This document shows, piece after piece, positions 63,283-64,000 of a DNA stretch of 64,000 bases (the stretch's first letter is position 1; each line of letters opens with the position of its first letter). The translations under genes were made by a program, and so were the position numbers. The stretch is from a virus: IMG/VR virus record IMGVR_UViG_3300027085_000001; one strand, 5' to 3'. The notes beneath the pieces are model-generated. The model worked only from the letters and a program-made list of their open reading frames with translations, made no database searches and was not told where the DNA came from.

Positions 63283-63719
63283 AGCGAGCAAAGATAAGCA
63301 GCATGAAGCTCAATGAGAAGACGAAGCTCACCGTGAAGAACGTTGCGCTCTCCGTCATGAGCATCATGAAGGAACACATCGGCAGGAACAACGCCGTCAG
63401 TAAGCGTGTCCTCTTCCGCAAGGTATATGCGAAGACATACGACACTGATGATACGTTCGACTTCCTACGATGGGACACACTGAGACGAGCACTGCACTTG
63501 CTTCGAGCAAGCAGCAACTGCTTCGTCATTGGCACCAACGACCGAGGCGACTGGGAATACTTTGTCATCTCAACTCAGAGCGACGCTCAGCTGTACATCA
63601 CACAGCTTGACAACGCAATTGTCCGCATGAAGAAGATGCAGGCAAGAGCACTCCGCTCAATTGAGAAGGGATGGTATAAGCAGCCCTGGCAGTTCACCTC
63701 GAAGAAGACAGAGGTGTAA
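63279..63719 (+). CDS. hypothetical protein
   Basis: 146 aa ORF. Confidence 0.3.
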   Translation: MKRAKISSMKLNEKTKLTVKNVALSVMSIMKEHIGRNNAVSKRVLFRKVYAKTYDTDDTFDFLRWDTLRRALHLLRASSNCFVIGTNDRGDWEYFVISTQSDAQLYITQLDNAIVRMKKMQARALRSIEKGWYKQPWQFTSKKTEV

Positions 63720-63723
63720 ACCT

Positions 63724-63957
63724 ATGGTGAACCACTTCAACAACAAGACCACTCGAGATTTGAGTGACAGCGAAGTGGCGGCTGTGCTTGAAGCAAAGAA
63801 GATATTGGAGAAAGCATTCGGGAAGAACATCTTCTCCGTCTCGCTGAATCCAGACAAAGACACAACAACAAACGTCCACAACGTGAGCTTCACGTTCGAC
63901 GTTAGAACAAACCGAAAAGGTGAACAACATGACAGAACCAAAGAAGAGCGTCGCTAA
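63724..63957 (+). CDS. hypothetical protein
   Basis: 77 aa ORF from ATG 63724. Confidence 0.25.
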   Translation: MVNHFNNKTTRDLSDSEVAAVLEAKKILEKAFGKNIFSVSLNPDKDTTTNVHNVSFTFDVRTNRKGEQHDRTKEERR

Positions 63958-64000
63958 AGCAACGCAGAAGAAGACAGTGACCAAGAAGGTCGCTCCGAAG

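Noticed and set aside
1-64000. Integrated prophage with integrase and att sites
   Set aside because: No tyrosine or serine recombinase motifs and no tRNA gene seen. Both window ends fall inside viral genes or promoters.

Overview
The window reads as most of the genome of a tailed double-stranded DNA virus with a contractile tail, and the replication genes point to an archaeal host.

The genes fall into two oppositely oriented blocks that meet at a 360-nt non-coding region (40516-40878).
- Bases 1-40515 are almost entirely minus-strand. They carry a complete head and tail morphogenesis module: terminase large subunit, portal fused to a Mu F-like domain, prohead protease, scaffold, HK97-fold major capsid protein, Hep_Hag repeat fibre, tail sheath and tube, tape measure protein, and a baseplate with gp25/gpW, gpV spike, PAAR and gpJ homologues.
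- The same strand then carries a short early block: a T4 endonuclease V-like repair glycosylase, a membrane-protein cluster with an SPFH/prohibitin homologue, and several zinc-ribbon proteins.
- Bases 40879-64000 are plus-strand replication and nucleotide-metabolism genes: an MCM-like AAA+ helicase, an archaeo-eukaryotic primase-polymerase, a Cas4-like nuclease fused to an SF2 helicase, family-B DNA polymerase, thymidylate kinase, a MazG-like NTPase, a divergent ThyA-like enzyme, dCMP deaminase, ATP-dependent DNA ligase, an Hjc-like PD-(D/E)xK nuclease, a SprT-like metalloprotease and many small zinc-ribbon proteins.

The archaeal assignment rests on MCM plus primase-polymerase plus PolB plus ATP-dependent ligase, on TATA-box-type promoter motifs placed 20-45 nt before start codons, and on lipoproteins rich in N-glycosylation sequons. 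The host cannot be named from the sequence. The proteins are rich in both lysine and aspartate/glutamate, which does not look like a classic salt-in haloarchaeal proteome.

The main regulatory signals are:
- a near-invariant 17-nt late promoter motif, TGATTATTTTTAAATA in the direction of transcription, present 7 times in the structural module and often using the preceding gene's TGA stop codon as part of the motif;
- an early-type motif, GAGAATATTTATAWAG, present about 12 times;
- four hairpin plus T6AT6 intrinsic terminators after highly expressed structural genes.

No tRNA genes, CRISPR array, integrase or reverse transcriptase were found. All assignments come from reading motifs by eye and need homology and structure searches to confirm.
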